A stretch of DNA of 25,703 nt from an archaeon (GTDB lineage: Archaea > Iainarchaeota > Iainarchaeia > Iainarchaeales > 1-14-0-10-31-34): the NCBI GenBank assembly GCA_024277355.1, contig JAJRVL010000006.1, forward strand, positions 1 to 25,703, written 5' to 3'. The notes under the pieces are model-generated. The model ran no database searches. It was given only the letters and a program-made list of their open reading frames with translations, and had not been told where the DNA came from. Positions 23,976 through 25,703 of this stretch are shown piece after piece (positions within the stretch are counted from its first letter, which is position 1; each line of letters opens with the position of its first letter). A program made the position numbers and the translations under genes.

Positions 23976-25703
23976 ATGAAAAAAATAATTTTATTTTTTG
24001 CTTTAATTTTAATTTTAAATAATGTTAATTCATTAGATGTTTCAAGCTGTACATATAACAACGGAAATTTAGATCAGGCAAACACACAATATGATTTAAC
24101 TCAGGATATTCAAAGTGACGCAGAATGTTTTGTAATTAATGCAGACAATGTAATATTAAACTGCAATAATTATCAAATTACTTTTTCTAATACAACAATT
24201 GCAAACGGAATAGAAATTTTAGCAGGAAGCGGCAATGTTGAAATAAGAAACTGCAATATAAGAAACGGAACAGATTTTACCGGGGCTGCTTATCATTCAG
24301 GAAATGGAATAATTACATATGGAGCTAATTCAAACATTCATTCAAATAATATTAATATTACAGGAGATGGAGCAAGAGGAGTAAGAATAATGGCTCCAGG
24401 ATTACTTTACAACAATATAGTTCACACACAAGGAGAATATGCAAGAACATTATGGGTTACACAACCATCAGAAATATACGGCAACACAGTTTCAGTAAGA
24501 GGCTGTAATGCAATTTATAATTTATCAGCTGAATATTCAGCTGAAGGAAACTATTTAATTCACGACAATAATTTTACAGCAATAAAAGATTGTCTTCCTG
24601 CAAATTCAAGATCATGGGGAGTTACAATTCCATCAGGAGCCCAAGTATATAATAATATTTTTACAGGAATAGACGAAGATATGACTGCAGGAGGAACAAT
24701 GGTAACAATTGATATGCAAAACACAGTAAATTCAAGAATTTACAACAATACAATAGAAACATTTGGAGCCAATGCAAGAGGAATATATCTTTCAGGAGAT
24801 TCAGCTAATAATGAAATTTATTTAAATACTATTACAACAAATGTATCGCCAGATAGTGCAGGATCACCTGCAATAAGAATAAGACGTTCAGTTGGACTAA
24901 AAATCTTTAATAATACAATTAATGCAACTGCAGCAGGAATTATGATTGGTGATGATTATCGGCCTTATGCAGACGGAGAAATTTACGGCAACACAATTAA
25001 TGCATATAGAGGAATTCATTTTTACCAGTATACTGACGGAATATTAGACATTCATGACAACACAATTTCAAGCAACAAATATCACATTAATTTTGACTTA
25101 GAAGACGTGCCCCATCACTTAAGAAATATCACTATAATTCCCTGTACAACAAACTGTGCATCAGATTATTCACATATTTATTACAGACCAAGCAGTCCAA
25201 TAACCGGAGAAAACATTTTTACAAACACAAATTTAGACAGAACATTAATAAGAAATATAGCAGGTTCATTAAGAGTAAACTGGCGTTTAGATATAAATAT
25301 TTATGATTCTTCATCAAATTTATTAAACGGAGCAGACATTGAAATAAGAAATAATTCAAATCAAATAGTTTATTCTTCAACTAATTCAAATGCAATAACA
25401 GAAACAGATATAACAGAATATATAATGACTTCAAGTTCAACAACAGATTATGATTTGCCTCCATACACAATAAATGCAACTTACGGAGGAAACACACAAA
25501 CACAAATATTAGATGTTTATGCAGGACAAACTTCAACCCAATTTTATTTTACTTTAATTCCATGTACTGATGGAACAACACAAGCGTGTACAACAATTGA
25601 TTCTTGTAGTGGAACTCAAACTTGTTCAGGTAATGTCTGGGGTGCTTGTACTGATGTTCCTGATGATGGTTGTCCTGTTGTAATTGCTTCTTGTGTGGAA
25701 GGA
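23976..25703 (+). CDS. Secreted right-handed parallel beta-helix (PbH1/NosD-like) repeat protein, 3'-truncated by window edge (not in supplied ORF track)
   Basis: Hand translation from ATG 23976 stays open for 576 codons to the window end. Signal peptide MKKIILFFALILILNNVNS. Repeated ~22-25 aa units of the type I.NN.I...G..GI.L (NVEIRNCNIRNG, IHSNNINITGDGARGVRI, IYNNTIETFGANARGIYL, IFNNTINATAAGIMI, IYGNTINAYRGIHF, IHDNTISSN). A Cys-rich module begins near 25559. Confidence 0.75.
   Translation, partial: MKKIILFFALILILNNVNSLDVSSCTYNNGNLDQANTQYDLTQDIQSDAECFVINADNVILNCNNYQITFSNTTIANGIEILAGSGNVEIRNCNIRNGTDFTGAAYHSGNGIITYGANSNIHSNNINITGDGARGVRIMAPGLLYNNIVHTQGEYARTLWVTQPSEIYGNTVSVRGCNAIYNLSAEYSAEGNYLIHDNNFTAIKDCLPANSRSWGVTIPSGAQVYNNIFTGIDEDMTAGGTMVTIDMQNTVNSRIYNNTIETFGANARGIYLSGDSANNEIYLNTITTNVSPDSAGSPAIRIRRSVGLKIFNNTINATAAGIMIGDDYRPYADGEIYGNTINAYRGIHFYQYTDGILDIHDNTISSNKYHINFDLEDVPHHLRNITIIPCTTNCASDYSHIYYRPSSPITGENIFTNTNLDRTLIRNIAGSLRVNWRLDINIYDSSSNLLNGADIEIRNNSNQIVYSSTNSNAITETDITEYIMTSSSTTDYDLPPYTINATYGGNTQTQILDVYAGQTSTQFYFTLIPCTDGTTQACTTIDSCSGTQTCSGNVWGACTDVPDDGCPVVIASCVEG

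Overview
This is an AT-rich archaeal chromosomal segment. The archaeal assignment rests on the conserved gene order ftsZ-secE-spt5(nusG)-rpl11-rpl1-rplP0-rplP1 on the minus strand (4918-10285). A small-genome uncultivated lineage such as DPANN is plausible, but that is inference only.

Left part: the 3' portion of smc (cut by the window edge), a signal-peptide-bearing Lon-like S16 protease with no ATPase module, and a class I SAM methyltransferase. The ribosomal cluster follows. It is interrupted between rpl11 and rpl1 by two small lineage-specific genes, one encoding a very basic protein and one a membrane protein.

Right part: the pyrimidine genes pyrB-pyrI-pyrC (10445-13212) and pyrE-pyrF (22546-23931) lie on the plus strand. 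They are separated by a ~9.3 kb accessory block (13213-22545) that holds:
- three small lipobox proteins on the minus strand, two of them diverged tandem paralogs, all three sharing one TATA-containing promoter motif
- a 1701-aa secreted multidomain zinc metalloprotease/adhesin-like protein
- a downstream secreted protein split by a single in-frame TAA

A 28/31-nt direct repeat brackets the lipoprotein cassette. A further secreted parallel beta-helix protein starts at 23976 and runs off the window; it is absent from the ORF track. So is the 58-aa secE gene.

I found no rRNA, tRNA, CRISPR array, transposase or integrase. All domain calls come from motif recognition by eye and memory, with no database search, and need HMM or structure confirmation. 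The most interesting candidate is the surface-protein island: giant protease, its partner protein, and the divergent lipoproteins.
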